Assembly: GCA_028870665.1 (NCBI GenBank)
Contig: JAGWPB010000002.1
Span: forward strand, 10,636-74,635
Length of the DNA: 64,000 nt
Source: Lysobacteraceae bacterium
Lineage (GTDB): Bacteria > Pseudomonadota > Gammaproteobacteria > Xanthomonadales > Rhodanobacteraceae
Reading direction: 5' to 3'
This document shows positions 23,321 to 33,273 of this stretch, one piece after another. The stretch's first letter is position 1, and the number at the start of each line of letters is the position of its first letter. Under the pieces are notes generated by a model. The model did no database searches. It had not been told where the DNA came from and saw only the letters and a program-made list of their open reading frames with translations. The translations under genes were made by a program, and so were the position numbers.

Positions 23321-24586
23321 TCAGTTGGCCGGCGCCACCCGGTGCCCGGATGCAACGGCCAGCCGGCCGCTCGGCGCGTCACCCGCGCTGGCGGTGCGCA
23401 GGCGTTTTTCGGCATTGAGCGCGTACCAGGTCCCCGGCGGCGGCGTGACCTCGAAATAATTCTTCAGCCCGCCCAGCACCGCCCGGGCCAGTTTTTCGCG
23501 GTAGGCGGGGTCGCCCAGCCGGCGTGCATCGCCGGGATCGGTGATGAAAGCGGTCTCGATCAGGATCGACGGCACATCGGGCGAGCGCAACACGACGAAG
23601 TTGGCGCGCTCGACATGCGGCTTGTAGATCGGACCGATCCGCGCCAGCGAGGTCAGCACGTCACGCGCCACGCGATGGCTGGCCTGCATGCTGGCGCCCT
23701 GCGACAGGTCCAGCAGCACCGAGGCCAGGGTCGGGCTCTTGTCGTTGAGCGAGACCCCGCCGACCAGCTCGGCGGAGGCGTTCTCGCTGTTGGCCAGCCA
23801 GCGCGCCGCCGTACTCGATGCGCCCTTGGTCGAGAGCACCCAGACCGAGGCCCCGCGGGTGTCGCAATCACCGGGACAGGCATTGGCGTGAATCGACACG
23901 AACAGGTCGGCCTTGTCCTTGCGCGCGATCGCGTAACGCTGCTGCAGCGGCACGAAGTAGTCGCCGTCGCGCGTCAGGACCGCCTTCATCCCCGGCTGGG
24001 CGTTGATCAGTCGCGCGAGATCCTCGCCGACGGACAGGGTGACATTCTTCTCCTCGAGGCCGCCGTAGCCGATCGCGCCGGTATCGTGGCCGCCGTGCCC
24101 GGGATCGATCGCGATCACGACCTTGCGGCCGACCGGCTCCGGCGGCAGGGCCGCCACGGCATGCGCGGCGCCGACATCGAGATCGACGACCAGCCGATAG
24201 CCCTGATCGCCCGTCGGTTGCAGCAGGAAACTGCGTGGCTGCGTCGTCGCGCCCAGGTCCAGCACGACGCGCGTGCCGCCCACGCCATGCGCGCCGGTGC
24301 GCGCGTCCTTGAACAGACCCAGCCCGGCCGGTGCGCGAAAGCGGGCGGCGAGACGGGCGTTGCTGAAGTCCAGCACGATGCGATCGGGCTTGGCGAGCTG
24401 GAACAGGCGATAGTCCACCGCGCCGCTCAGATCAAACACGGCGCGCAGCCCCCCCGCGGCATCGGTCACGCGCAACGCGTTGATTTCAACGCCGGGACCC
24501 GCGGTCTGCGGCAGCGGCGCCGCCCTCGCCGCCAGGGCGAAAACGAGCATGGTCAAAGCGATGCTGGCGCGCAGGGATCCCCACAT
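23321..24586 (-). CDS. amiB: N-acetylmuramoyl-L-alanine amidase with N-terminal AMIN domain
   Basis: A signal peptide, an AMIN-like region ([28 protein letters not shown]) and an Amidase_3 core ([15 protein letters not shown]...[10 protein letters not shown]). The symbol follows the tsaE-amiB-mutL synteny; AmiC is equally possible. Confidence 0.9.
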   Translation of the reverse strand: MWGSLRASIALTMLVFALAARAAPLPQTAGPGVEINALRVTDAAGGLRAVFDLSGAVDYRLFQLAKPDRIVLDFSNARLAARFRAPAGLGLFKDARTGAHGVGGTRVVLDLGATTQPRSFLLQPTGDQGYRLVVDLDVGAAHAVAALPPEPVGRKVVIAIDPGHGGHDTGAIGYGGLEEKNVTLSVGEDLARLINAQPGMKAVLTRDGDYFVPLQQRYAIARKDKADLFVSIHANACPGDCDTRGASVWVLSTKGASSTAARWLANSENASAELVGGVSLNDKSPTLASVLLDLSQGASMQASHRVARDVLTSLARIGPIYKPHVERANFVVLRSPDVPSILIETAFITDPGDARRLGDPAYREKLARAVLGGLKNYFEVTPPPGTWYALNAEKRLRTASAGDAPSGRLAVASGHRVAPAN

Positions 24587-24633
24587 GATCCGGATTCAAG
24601 CGCAATCGACTCCGCTTTGCAAGCGTTTTTTCC

Positions 24634-25116
24634 TTAAGAATCCGCCCCCTGCAAGGCATTCGTCAGAATCAACCTGAGCGATGGCTCGGCCTCCGCCGCC
24701 ACCAGCCGCGCGCGGCGTCCGTCGCCCGCCTGCTGCAGCACGACGCGCAGCAGCGGCGGGGGCAGCCGGCCGGCGCCCCGCTGCGGCCATTCGATCAGGG
24801 TCAGGGATGCCGGCGCGTCGAGCGCATCCAGGCCCAGCCACTCCAGTTCGCCCGGATCGGCGATGCGATACAGGTCGAGGTGCCAGACCGTGAGCGCGGG
24901 CAGTTCGTAGCACTCGACCAGGCTGTAGGTCGGGCTCTTGATGCGAGTGCCCGCACCCAGTGCACGCAGCAGGGCGCGCGCGAAGGTGGTCTTGCCGCTG
25001 CCGAGGTCGCCCTCGAGATAGACCACGCCGCCGCGGGCCAGCGCCGGCGCCAGCCGCCGCGCCAGCTCCGCCGTCGCCGCCTCATCCGGCAGCTCGATGA
25101 GCACCGGCTCAAGCAT
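24634..25116 (-). CDS. tsaE: tRNA t6A37 biosynthesis ATPase TsaE
   Basis: From ATG 25116 the protein reads MLEPVLIELPDEAATAELARRL...VVYLEGDLGSGKTTFARALLRALG...SPTYSLVECY. It overlaps the end of nnr by 8 nt. Confidence 0.9.
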   Translation of the reverse strand: MLEPVLIELPDEAATAELARRLAPALARGGVVYLEGDLGSGKTTFARALLRALGAGTRIKSPTYSLVECYELPALTVWHLDLYRIADPGELEWLGLDALDAPASLTLIEWPQRGAGRLPPPLLRVVLQQAGDGRRARLVAAEAEPSLRLILTNALQGADS

Positions 25117-26593
25117 CGGCGGCACCGTTGAGCAGGGCACGCAGCGGCGCGAACAGGTCCGCCGCGCACAGACCGCGTTCGCCGCCGGCGCGCGCGGCCG
25201 CATCGCCGGCGCGAGCGTGCAGGCCGACGCCCATCGCGGCCGCATCCCAGGGCGCCAGGCCTTGCGCCAGCAGCGCCGCGATCAGCCCGGTCAGCACGTC
25301 GCCCATGCCGCCCGCGGCCATGCCGGGATTGCCCCAGGGGCACACCGCGACGCGCCCCCGCGGATCGGCGACCAGGCTGCCCGCACCCTTGAGCACGACC
25401 ACCGCGCCATGGCGCGCGGCGAGGGCGCGCACGGCGCCGTAGCGATCGGCCATCACCGCGACGACGTCGGTGCCGAGCAGACGCGCCGCTTCGCCCGGAT
25501 GCGGCGTCAGCACCGCCGGCATCGGCAGCGCGCGCGGCGCGCGCGCCAGCAGGTTGAGCGCGTCGGCATCCACGACGACGGGTCGATCGCTGGCCAGCGC
25601 GGCGGCGAACAGCATCTCGCTCCAGCCGCCCTGCCCCAGCCCCGGACCCAGCGCCAGCACGCTGGCCCGTGCCAGCGACGGTTCCAGCGCCACGGCGGTC
25701 TCGACCGCGTGCACCATCAGCTCGGGTCGGGCGGCCAGCAGGGCCGGCACATGCGCCGCGCGCGTGGCCACGCTGACCAGGCCGGCCCCCGATCGCAGCG
25801 CGGCTTCCGCGGCGAGACGCGCCGCGCCGCCCATGCCGTGATCGCCGCCGATCACCAGCACGTGGCCGAAGGCGCCCTTGTGCGCGGCGCGAGCGCGCGG
25901 CGGCAGTGCGGCGACGCCGAGCAGCGTGGCATCCGGTCGATGCGAGGCGAGCAGCGCACGCGGCAGATCCAGCGTCGCCAGCGTGCACGCGCCGGCGTAC
26001 TCGGCGGCGCGCCCCGTGTACAGGCCGCGCTTCCAGCCGACGAAGCATACGGTGGCCGCCGCGCGCACGGCCATGCCCCGCGGCATGCCGGTATCGGCAT
26101 CGAGCCCGGACGGCACGTCCAGCGCGAGCACGCGCGCCGCGTGCGGCTGCAGCGCGGCGATCCATGCCGCCGCAACGCCCGCCGGCGCGCGGTTGAGACC
26201 GCTGCCGTAAAGCGCATCGACATAGACATCCGCGTCCGGCAATGCCGGATCGGCATCCGCCGCCGCGATCGGCACGCCCGCCGCACGCGCGGTCTCGCGC
26301 GCCGCCGCCGCATCAGCCCCGGACGGAGCCGTCAGCGCCAGCACCCGGGCTTCGAGACCGGCCGCGCGCGCCTGCGCGGCGAGCAGGCAGCCGTCGCCGC
26401 CGTTGTTGCCGGGCCCCGCCAGCACGAGGATGCGGCGCGCCTCGGGCCAGCGCGTGCGCAACACCGCCAGTGCCGCGGCCGCGGCGCGCCGCATCAGCTC
26501 GCGACCGGCGAGGCCGCCCGCGCTCGCCGCCGCATCCAGCGCGCGTACCTGGGCGGCGGTGTACAACGCGTGCGCGGGCTCGGGTTCGCTCAT
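25109..26593 (-). CDS. nnr: Bifunctional NAD(P)H-hydrate epimerase/dehydratase
   Basis: YjeF N- and C-terminal domains are present: ILVLAGPGNNGGDG... and GDVLTGLIAALLAQG. Confidence 0.93.
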   Translation of the reverse strand: MSEPEPAHALYTAAQVRALDAAASAGGLAGRELMRRAAAAALAVLRTRWPEARRILVLAGPGNNGGDGCLLAAQARAAGLEARVLALTAPSGADAAAARETARAAGVPIAAADADPALPDADVYVDALYGSGLNRAPAGVAAAWIAALQPHAARVLALDVPSGLDADTGMPRGMAVRAAATVCFVGWKRGLYTGRAAEYAGACTLATLDLPRALLASHRPDATLLGVAALPPRARAAHKGAFGHVLVIGGDHGMGGAARLAAEAALRSGAGLVSVATRAAHVPALLAARPELMVHAVETAVALEPSLARASVLALGPGLGQGGWSEMLFAAALASDRPVVVDADALNLLARAPRALPMPAVLTPHPGEAARLLGTDVVAVMADRYGAVRALAARHGAVVVLKGAGSLVADPRGRVAVCPWGNPGMAAGGMGDVLTGLIAALLAQGLAPWDAAAMGVGLHARAGDAAARAGGERGLCAADLFAPLRALLNGAADA

Positions 26594-26649
26594 GCGGCGA
26601 TTATGGCAGCGCGGCCCCGGGGCCGACCTACAATGGTCGCGAGGTCCGC

Positions 26650-27750
26650 ATGCCCGATACCCAGCCCGCTGCCGTCATCACCGACTACGCCGCACTGCGC
26701 GGCGACATCGCACGCTGGGCGGCCGATCTCGGCTTCGGCGCCGTGGGTATCGCCGGCATCGACCTGCCCGACGACGAGGCGCATCTGCTGGAATGGCTGG
26801 CCCAGGGCCGGCACGGCGCGATGGCCTACATGGCGGCGCACGGCGTCAAGCGCAGCCGCCCCGATGAACTCGCGCCCGGCACGCTGCGGGTGATTTCGGT
26901 GCGCATGGACTATTGGCCCGACCGCGCCGCCGAGCCGTGGTCGGTGCTCGCCGACGGTCGCCGCGCCTATGTCGCGCGCTACGCGTTGGGCCGTGACTAC
27001 CACGGCCTGATGCGCAAACGGCTGCAGAAGCTCGCCGACCGCATCCAGGCGGCGATCGGACCCTTCGGCTACCGCGCCTTCGCCGACTCCGCGCCGGTGC
27101 TGGAGAAGGCGCTGGCGCGCAATGCGGGTCTGGGCTGGATCGGCAAGCACACCCTGCTGCTCGCCCGCGATGCCGGTTCGTATTTCTTCCTCGGCGAGCT
27201 CTACACCGACCTGCCGCTGCCGATCGATGCGCCCGCCAGTGCGCACTGCGGCAGTTGCACGCGCTGCATCGACGTCTGCCCGACGCGCGCGATCGTCGCG
27301 CCGTATCGCCTGGACGCGCGCCGCTGCATCGCCTACCTGACCATCGAATGGCGCGAGGCGATCCCGGTCGCGATGCGACCGCTGCTCGGCAACCGCGTGT
27401 TCGGCTGCGATGACTGCCAGCTGGTATGCCCGTGGAACCGCTATGCGCAGCCGGCCCAGCTGCCCGACTTCGCGCCGCGCCACGGTCTCGACGGTGCCGC
27501 GCTGACCGAACTGTTTGCCTGGACCGAGGCGCAGTTCCTCGCCCGCACCGAGGGCATGCCGATCCGCCGCGCCGGCTACGCGGGCTGGCTGCGCAACCTC
27601 GCCGTCGCGCTGGGCAATGCGCCGTGCGCCGACGAGATCGTCGCCGCGCTCCGGGCCCGGGCCGACGACCCCTCGCCACTGGTGCGCGAACACGTGGCCT
27701 GGGCGCTGGCGCAACAGGCGCAGCGCCGTGCGCAGGACAGCGCCCGCTGA
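26650..27750 (+). CDS. queG: Epoxyqueuosine reductase
   Basis: From ATG 26650 the protein reads MPDTQPAAVITDYAALRGDI... The Fe-S motifs CGSCTRCIDVCPT and CDDCQLVCPWN and C-terminal HEAT-like repeats are present. GAGG lies 5 nt upstream. Confidence 0.93.
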   Translation: MPDTQPAAVITDYAALRGDIARWAADLGFGAVGIAGIDLPDDEAHLLEWLAQGRHGAMAYMAAHGVKRSRPDELAPGTLRVISVRMDYWPDRAAEPWSVLADGRRAYVARYALGRDYHGLMRKRLQKLADRIQAAIGPFGYRAFADSAPVLEKALARNAGLGWIGKHTLLLARDAGSYFFLGELYTDLPLPIDAPASAHCGSCTRCIDVCPTRAIVAPYRLDARRCIAYLTIEWREAIPVAMRPLLGNRVFGCDDCQLVCPWNRYAQPAQLPDFAPRHGLDGAALTELFAWTEAQFLARTEGMPIRRAGYAGWLRNLAVALGNAPCADEIVAALRARADDPSPLVREHVAWALAQQAQRRAQDSAR

Positions 27751-27910
27751 GCGATCGTGCCGGTCAGCACGCGGACCGCGGCGAACACCGGCGCGTGTGG
27801 CGCGGCCCCGTGCAGCGACTCGGGCGGCTCGGGCAGCGCGCCGGGCGCGCCCATCCCCGTGCAGTCGGCTGCCGATGCATGCGTTGCCGGACCGACGTCG
27901 AGCGCAGCGC

Positions 27911-28291
27911 TCAGGCAGCCTGCCGGGGAATGGAACGGTGCGTATGGGTGATGCGGTTGCCGGCGTCGACGTAGACCAGCTGCGGCTGGAACTGTGCCAG
28001 CTCGGCCTCGGCCAGTTGGGCGAACGCGGCGATGATCAGCAGCTGTCCGGGCTGCGCGCGATGCGCGGCACTGCCGTTGACCGAGATGATCCCGGAGCCC
28101 TCATCGGCACGCAGTGCATAGGTGACGAAGCGCTCGCCATTGCCGATGTTCCAGGCATGGATCTGCTCGTACTCGCGAATGCCGGCGGCATCGAGCAAAC
28201 GGCCGTCGATCGCGATCGATCCCTCGTAGTGCAGCTCGGCATGGGTGACGGTGGCACGGTGGATCTTGGCCTTGAGCAGGGTCAGGTGCAT
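27911..28291 (-). CDS. panD: Aspartate 1-decarboxylase
   Basis: [29 protein letters not shown]..., with the G-S self-processing site. Confidence 0.96.
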   Translation of the reverse strand: MHLTLLKAKIHRATVTHAELHYEGSIAIDGRLLDAAGIREYEQIHAWNIGNGERFVTYALRADEGSGIISVNGSAAHRAQPGQLLIIAAFAQLAEAELAQFQPQLVYVDAGNRITHTHRSIPRQAA

Positions 28292-28328
28292 GCAGCGACC
28301 TCGGACGGTACGGCGTACGGGGAGCGCG

Positions 28329-28334
28329 ATTATA
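28329..28334 (-). promoter_or_regulatory. Candidate -10 element (perfect TATAAT) upstream of panD
   Basis: The minus strand reads gcgaTATAATcgcg, 38 nt upstream of the panD ATG in the panC-panD spacer. I found no convincing -35. Confidence 0.35.
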
Positions 28335-28370
28335 TCGCCGCCGGCCCGATCCTGCTGCGGCGCAGCACCC

Positions 28371-29222
28371 TCAGCCGCCGTCGAACGGCAGATTGTCGAT
28401 CAGCCGCGTCGTGCCCAGCCGGGCGGCGATCAGCGCGATCAGTCCGCCATGCTCGGTGTCGGCGGGAATCGCCAGATCCACACCCCGCCGGATCGCCGCA
28501 TAGTCGGGCTCGAAACCCGCCGCCCGCAATCGCGCCGCGGCCGCGGCCTCGGCCTGCACCCGCGGCTGCCCGCCGAGATGCGCGGCGCGCATCGCCTGCA
28601 ACGTGGCGTGGACTTCCGCCGCGCGCGCGCGCTGGTCGGCATCGAGATACTGGTTGCGAGAACTCAGCGCCAGCCCGTCCGCCTCGCGCACGGTCGGCGC
28701 GGCGATGATCTCCAGCGGCAATGCCAGATCGCGCACCAGCCGTCGCACCACCAGCAGCTGCTGCCAGTCCTTCTGCCCGAACACGGCCAGGTCCGGCTGC
28801 ACCAGATTGAACAGCTTGACGACGACCGTGGCGACGCCGTCGAAATGGCCCGCGCGATGCGCGCCCTCGAGGGTTGCCGTGATTTCCGGCACGCTGACGC
28901 GCACCGTGTGCGCGGGCCCGAACGGATAGATCACCTCGACGGCAGGCGCGAACAGCAGGTCACAGCCCGCGCTCGCCAACCCGGCCTGGTCGCGCTCGAG
29001 CGTGCGCGGGTAGCGCGCGAAATCCTCACCGGGCCCGAATTGGGTCGGATTGACAAAGATGCTGGCGATCACGCGGTTGCTGCGTGCGCGCGCCAGCTGC
29101 ACCAGCGCCAGATGGCCCGCATGCAGATTGCCCATCGTCGGCACGAAGCCGATGCTCTGCCCCTGCGCGCGCCAGGCGCGGATCGCGGCGCGCAGTGCCG
29201 CGGCATCGTGGAGGGTCTGCAT
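28371..29222 (-). CDS. panC: Pantoate--beta-alanine ligase
   Basis: [41 protein letters not shown]... Confidence 0.96.
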   Translation of the reverse strand: MQTLHDAAALRAAIRAWRAQGQSIGFVPTMGNLHAGHLALVQLARARSNRVIASIFVNPTQFGPGEDFARYPRTLERDQAGLASAGCDLLFAPAVEVIYPFGPAHTVRVSVPEITATLEGAHRAGHFDGVATVVVKLFNLVQPDLAVFGQKDWQQLLVVRRLVRDLALPLEIIAAPTVREADGLALSSRNQYLDADQRARAAEVHATLQAMRAAHLGGQPRVQAEAAAAARLRAAGFEPDYAAIRRGVDLAIPADTEHGGLIALIAARLGTTRLIDNLPFDGG

Positions 29223-29243
29223 GGCGTCTCCCGGCAGGATCAG

Positions 29244-30065
29244 TCAGTAGGCGTGTTCGGGAGCAGGGAACGCGCCGCTGCGCACGTCGGCGACGTAGGC
29301 GGCGATCGCCGCGACGATCGAGTCGCGGCCGGCGAGAAAATTCTTGCAGAAGCGCGGTCGGCGGCCAGGCGTCAGTCCGAGCAGGTCGTAGACGACCAGC
29401 ACCTGGCCGTCGCAGCCGGCACCGGCACCGATGCCGATGGTCGGGATGCTCAACTCGCGGGTGATCGCGGCTGCCAGGTCCGCCGGCACGCATTCGAGCA
29501 CCAGCAGGTCCGCGCCGGCCTGCTGCACCGCCAGCGCGTCGGCGCGCAGCTGGTCCGCCGCATCCCGATCCCGCCCCTGCACGCGATAGCCGCCGAGGCG
29601 GTGCACCGACTGCGGGGTCAATCCGAGGTGCGCACAGACCGGCACGTCGCGCTCGGCCAAGGCCGCGATCACCGGGCAGACCCAGTCGGCGCCTTCCAGC
29701 TTGACCATCGCCGCACCGCCCTCGGCCAGCAGCCGCGTGGATGCGGCCAGCGCATGCGGCACATCGCGGTAGCTCATGAACGGCAGATCCGCGACCAGCA
29801 GCGCGGCGTGCAGGCCGCGCGCCGCCGCCGCCGTGTGGTAGACCATCTGGTCGAGCGTCACCGGCAGCGTGCTGGCCTGCCCCTGCACCACCATGCCCAG
29901 CGAATCGCCGACCAGGGCCACGTCCACGCCGGCCGCCTCGAGCTGCGCCGCGAAGCTGGCATCGTAGGCGGTCAGCATCGCGATCTTCTCGCCGCGCGCC
30001 TTCATCGCATGCAGGCCGGGCACGGTCACCGGCTTGCGCGCGGGTCGTTCGGATTCGACGGACAC
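29244..30065 (-). CDS. panB: 3-methyl-2-oxobutanoate hydroxymethyltransferase
   Basis: ...[36 protein letters not shown]... The first codon is GTG. Confidence 0.96.
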   Translation of the reverse strand: MSVESERPARKPVTVPGLHAMKARGEKIAMLTAYDASFAAQLEAAGVDVALVGDSLGMVVQGQASTLPVTLDQMVYHTAAAARGLHAALLVADLPFMSYRDVPHALAASTRLLAEGGAAMVKLEGADWVCPVIAALAERDVPVCAHLGLTPQSVHRLGGYRVQGRDRDAADQLRADALAVQQAGADLLVLECVPADLAAAITRELSIPTIGIGAGAGCDGQVLVVYDLLGLTPGRRPRFCKNFLAGRDSIVAAIAAYVADVRSGAFPAPEHAY

Positions 30066-30114
30066 GGCGCTCTCCTTCAGGATCGTCGATTATCGGCGGC
30101 GCAAGCGCCATCAC

Positions 30115-30609
30115 TCAAGCGGGCGCGACCCACGGCTCGCAGCCGGTGCGGTCCACCCGCGCGAGCAGTTCGGCGACCACGCCCGCGCCCGGCACCACCA
30201 GCGCGGGGTCGATGTCGGCCAGCGGCAGCAGCACGAACGCGCGCTCGGCCAGGCGCGGATGCGGCACGCTCAGTCCGGGCGCCTCGAGCCGCTGCTGACC
30301 ATACAGCAGCAGATCGAGATCCAGCCGACGCGGTCCCCAGCGCTGCTCGCGCGCGCGATCGCGTCCGGCCTCGCGCTCGATCGCCAGCAGCGCCTCGAGC
30401 AACGCGCGCGGCGCCAGCAGGGTGTCGAGCGCGACGGCGGCATTGAGGAAGTCGGCCTGCGGCACCGGGCCCCAGGGCGGGGTGTGCCAGAGACGGGAAC
30501 GCGCCAGCAGGCGCGTCTGCGGCAGCCGCGCGAGGGCGACGCAGGCGTGCACGATCTGCGCGCCGGGATCGCCGCAATTGGCGCCGAGCCCGACCCACGC
30601 CGGGATCAT
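30115..30609 (-). CDS. folK: 2-amino-4-hydroxy-6-hydroxymethyldihydropteridine diphosphokinase
   Basis: From ATG 30609 the protein reads MIPAWVGLGANCGDP...WGPRRLDLDLLLYG...VPHPRLAERAFVLLPL. It starts 2 nt after the pcnB stop. Confidence 0.93.
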   Translation of the reverse strand: MIPAWVGLGANCGDPGAQIVHACVALARLPQTRLLARSRLWHTPPWGPVPQADFLNAAVALDTLLAPRALLEALLAIEREAGRDRAREQRWGPRRLDLDLLLYGQQRLEAPGLSVPHPRLAERAFVLLPLADIDPALVVPGAGVVAELLARVDRTGCEPWVAPA

Positions 30610-30611
30610 GA

Positions 30612-31997
30612 TCAGTCGGCCGCGGAGGCGGGTTTCTTGCGCCGTGAACGGCGCCGACGCTTCCGGGCCGGCGTCGCCTCGGCGTCGACCGCCAGGTTGC
30701 CGCTGTCCAGCGCGGCGGCCAGCTGCTCCGGCGGCTGCGTCTGTGCGGCGGTCCACCAGCTGCCGAGCTCGGCAAGCTCGGGTGACTCGCTCGCGCGCAG
30801 CAGCAGGAAATCATAGGCCGCGCGGAAGCGCGGGTGGGCCATCAGGCGGAACACGCGCTTGCGCGCGCGCTGCGCAAAGCGCGGCTGCAACGCCCAGATT
30901 TCTTCCATCACCGTGCCGAAGCGGCGCGGAATCGCCACGCGATCGCTCTGCTCGGCCACCACGCGCGCCGCCGCATGCTGCCAAGCGAGGGTCGGTTCGT
31001 CACCGGCGGCGATGCGTGCCTCGGCCTGCGCGCGCGTCTCGCCCCACAGCAGCACGGCGAACAGGAACGCCGGGGTCACGGACTTGTCTGCGGCCACGCG
31101 CGCGTCGGTATTCACCAGCGCCTGTTCGATCAGCGCGCGCAAGCCGGCGTCCTGATCGCGCGCCAGCGCACGCGCCGTGACCGGGTACAGATGCGCGAGC
31201 AGGCCATAGTGGTCGAGCAGACGAAAACTCTGCAGGCCGTGACCCGCGAGAAAGAGCTTGAGCGATTCGTCAAACAGCCGCGCCGACGGCGCCTCGCCCA
31301 GCAGCGGGCCGAGGGTGGCGAACGGCGCGACGGCGGCGGCGTCGATGTCAAAATCAAGCTTGGCCGCCAGCCGCACCGCGCGCAGCATGCGCACCGGATC
31401 CTCGCGGTAACGCTGCTCCGGATCGCCGATCAGGCGCAAGACGCGATCCTGCAGGTCCTGCATGCCGCCGACGTCGTCGCGCACGCTGAAATCGGCGATG
31501 TTGTAGTACAGCGCATTGACGGTGAAATCGCGGCGCAGCGCGTCTTCCTCCAGCGAGCCCCAGATGTTGTCGCGGGTGATGCGGCCGTCGACGATCTCGC
31601 GGTCGCCATCGGCGCCATGACCGCGAAAGGTCGCCACCTCGATGATCTCGGAGCCGAACACCACGTGCGCCAGGCGGAACCGGCGGCCGATCAGCCGGCA
31701 GTTGCGGAACAGGTGCTTGACCTGCTCCGGCGTCGCGTCGGTGGCGATGTCGAAATCCTTGGGATGCCCGCCGAGCAGCAGATCACGCACCGCGCCGCCG
31801 ACCAGAAAGGCCGCGAAGCCGGCCTCGTGCAACCGGTACAGCACGCGCAGCGCCGCGGAGCTGATCGACTTGCGGGAGATCGCGTGTTCGGCACGCGGGA
31901 TGATGCGCGCCACGTGCGGCGACGGCTTCCTGGCGTCCTTGGACAAGCGTTGGATTCCTCGAAACAGGTTGCGCAAGGCGTTGCCGGGAACGGTCAT
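30612..31997 (-). CDS. pcnB: Poly(A) polymerase I
   Basis: ...AFLVGGAVRDLLLGGHPKDFDIATDATPEQV...RLIGRRFRLAHV... The pcnB-folK-panBCD order matches E. coli. Confidence 0.95.
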   Translation of the reverse strand: MTVPGNALRNLFRGIQRLSKDARKPSPHVARIIPRAEHAISRKSISSAALRVLYRLHEAGFAAFLVGGAVRDLLLGGHPKDFDIATDATPEQVKHLFRNCRLIGRRFRLAHVVFGSEIIEVATFRGHGADGDREIVDGRITRDNIWGSLEEDALRRDFTVNALYYNIADFSVRDDVGGMQDLQDRVLRLIGDPEQRYREDPVRMLRAVRLAAKLDFDIDAAAVAPFATLGPLLGEAPSARLFDESLKLFLAGHGLQSFRLLDHYGLLAHLYPVTARALARDQDAGLRALIEQALVNTDARVAADKSVTPAFLFAVLLWGETRAQAEARIAAGDEPTLAWQHAAARVVAEQSDRVAIPRRFGTVMEEIWALQPRFAQRARKRVFRLMAHPRFRAAYDFLLLRASESPELAELGSWWTAAQTQPPEQLAAALDSGNLAVDAEATPARKRRRRSRRKKPASAAD

Positions 31998-32008
31998 TTC
32001 GCTATACT
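31981..32008 (+). promoter_or_regulatory. Candidate sigma70 promoter of tRNA-Glu
   Basis: TTGCCG (31981-86), a 16-nt spacer, then TATACT (32003-08), 21 nt upstream of the mature tRNA 5' end. The -35 lies inside the first codons of the divergent pcnB. Confidence 0.45.
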
Positions 32009-32029
32009 ACCGCGCCTTCGCCGGCCAGT

Positions 32030-32105
32030 GCTCCCTTCGTCTAGTGGCCCAGGACACCGCCCTCTCAAGGCGGGAACACGAGTTCGAGTCTCGTAGGGAG
32101 CACCA
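32030..32105 (+). tRNA. tRNA-Glu (anticodon CUC)
   Basis: GCTCCCTTCGTCTAGTGGCCCAGGACACCGCCCTCTCAAGGCGGGAACACGAGTTCGAGTCTCGTAGGGAGCACCA. It folds as a cloverleaf with a 7-bp acceptor stem, the anticodon arm ccgcc/CTCTCAA/ggcgg (anticodon at 32064-66), a TPsiC GTTCGAG loop and an encoded CCA. It is very close to E. coli tRNA-Glu apart from the anticodon. Confidence 0.93.
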
Positions 32106-32137
32106 TCCCGTTCCCTGCCTATCCGGCTGCCGCACGC

Positions 32138-32461
32138 ATGACCTTCGTCGTCATCGACAACTGCATCAAGTGCAAGTACACGGATTGCGTCGAGGTCTGT
32201 CCGGTCGATGCGTTCCACGAGGGACCGAACTTCCTCGCCATCGATCCGGATGAGTGCATCGACTGCACCCTGTGCGAGCCGGAATGCCCGGCGCGGGCGA
32301 TCTATCCCGAGGACGACGTCCCGGCCGGCCAGGAGCATTTCACCGCCCTGAATGCCGAACTGGCCAAGCAGTGGCCGGTGATCACCGAACGCAAGGAAGC
32401 ACCCGCCGACGCCAAGGACTGGGACGGCAAGCCGGACAAGTTGCCGCTGCTCGAACGCTGA
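32138..32461 (+). CDS. fdxA: 7Fe ferredoxin (Azotobacter/FdxA type)
   Basis: [56 protein letters not shown]... Confidence 0.95.
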   Translation: MTFVVIDNCIKCKYTDCVEVCPVDAFHEGPNFLAIDPDECIDCTLCEPECPARAIYPEDDVPAGQEHFTALNAELAKQWPVITERKEAPADAKDWDGKPDKLPLLER

Positions 32462-32639
32462 GAGGTTGTGCATTTTCCGACTTCCCGGCACAGCCACGGA
32501 TGGCCGGACGCGTATCGATCACGCAAGCAATCGACCCGCGGCAGCGGGCACCGGCGTGCAGCGGGCCCGCGAGGGGAAGATTGCACAGGACATGCGATCG
32601 CTCGCAGGCGCCGAGCCCGCGCAGCTTGCGATCCGATCG

Positions 32640-32665
32640 AAAACGCCGCCCGCAGGCGGCGTTTT
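32640..32665. terminator. Bidirectional rho-independent terminator (bamC 3' end; also closes the fdxA downstream region)
   Basis: AAAACGCCGCC-cgca-GGCGGCGTTTT: a perfect 11-bp stem including A/T tracts on both sides. It lies 27 nt past the bamC stop. Confidence 0.75.
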
Positions 32666-32691
32666 CGCATCAGCCGAGGACGGCTGCCGAA

Positions 32692-33252
32692 TCAGGTCAG
32701 GCGGCTCTTGAGCAGTGCCAGCACCTGCTGCACCGCGGCGGGCTCGCCGCTCAGCTCGATCACGCTGGCGCTGCCCTGCGCCCGCACGGCGACGTTGACG
32801 GTGCCGCTGACGGCATGCGTCCTGGCGTGCGAGAACACCGAGAACAGGCGCTTGAAAAAGCCCTGCGGCGGCGGTTCGGCCACCTGCACCTGCACCGCCA
32901 CGCGGTAGGTGTGCGCCGCATCATCGTGCGCCGTGACCGTGCCGACGCCGCCGCGCTCGAGCGCAAGGCCGACTCGACGGTAGGTATTGTCGACGGTGTC
33001 GTTGAGATCGAGGCTGCCGGCCGAGGCGGCGTCCGCGGTCGCACCGGGCGCCGCACTCACTGCGGCGGCCCCACCGCCGGCGGCCGGAATCGTCATCGCC
33101 GCCGCCGTCGGCGGCAGATCCAGCGGAGGGGGCACCTCCAGCGGACGTTCCTGCTGCGCGTTCTTCCAGGCTTCATCGCTCTTGCGATGGAACAGGCTGC
33201 AGCCGGAAAGCGTCAGGGTGACGAGTGCAGCGGCGGTCAGAAGCTTCTTCAT
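32692..33252 (-). CDS. bamC: Outer-membrane lipoprotein, BamC(NlpB)-like by position
   Basis: The lipobox is MKKLLTAAALVTLTLSGC. The protein is Pro/Ala-rich after the lipid anchor and lies immediately downstream of dapA, as nlpB/bamC does in E. coli. It is shorter than E. coli BamC, so the assignment rests mainly on synteny. Confidence 0.62.
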   Translation of the reverse strand: MKKLLTAAALVTLTLSGCSLFHRKSDEAWKNAQQERPLEVPPPLDLPPTAAAMTIPAAGGGAAAVSAAPGATADAASAGSLDLNDTVDNTYRRVGLALERGGVGTVTAHDDAAHTYRVAVQVQVAEPPPQGFFKRLFSVFSHARTHAVSGTVNVAVRAQGSASVIELSGEPAAVQQVLALLKSRLT

Positions 33253-33273
33253 GCGGGATTCCAGGGTGATGAT

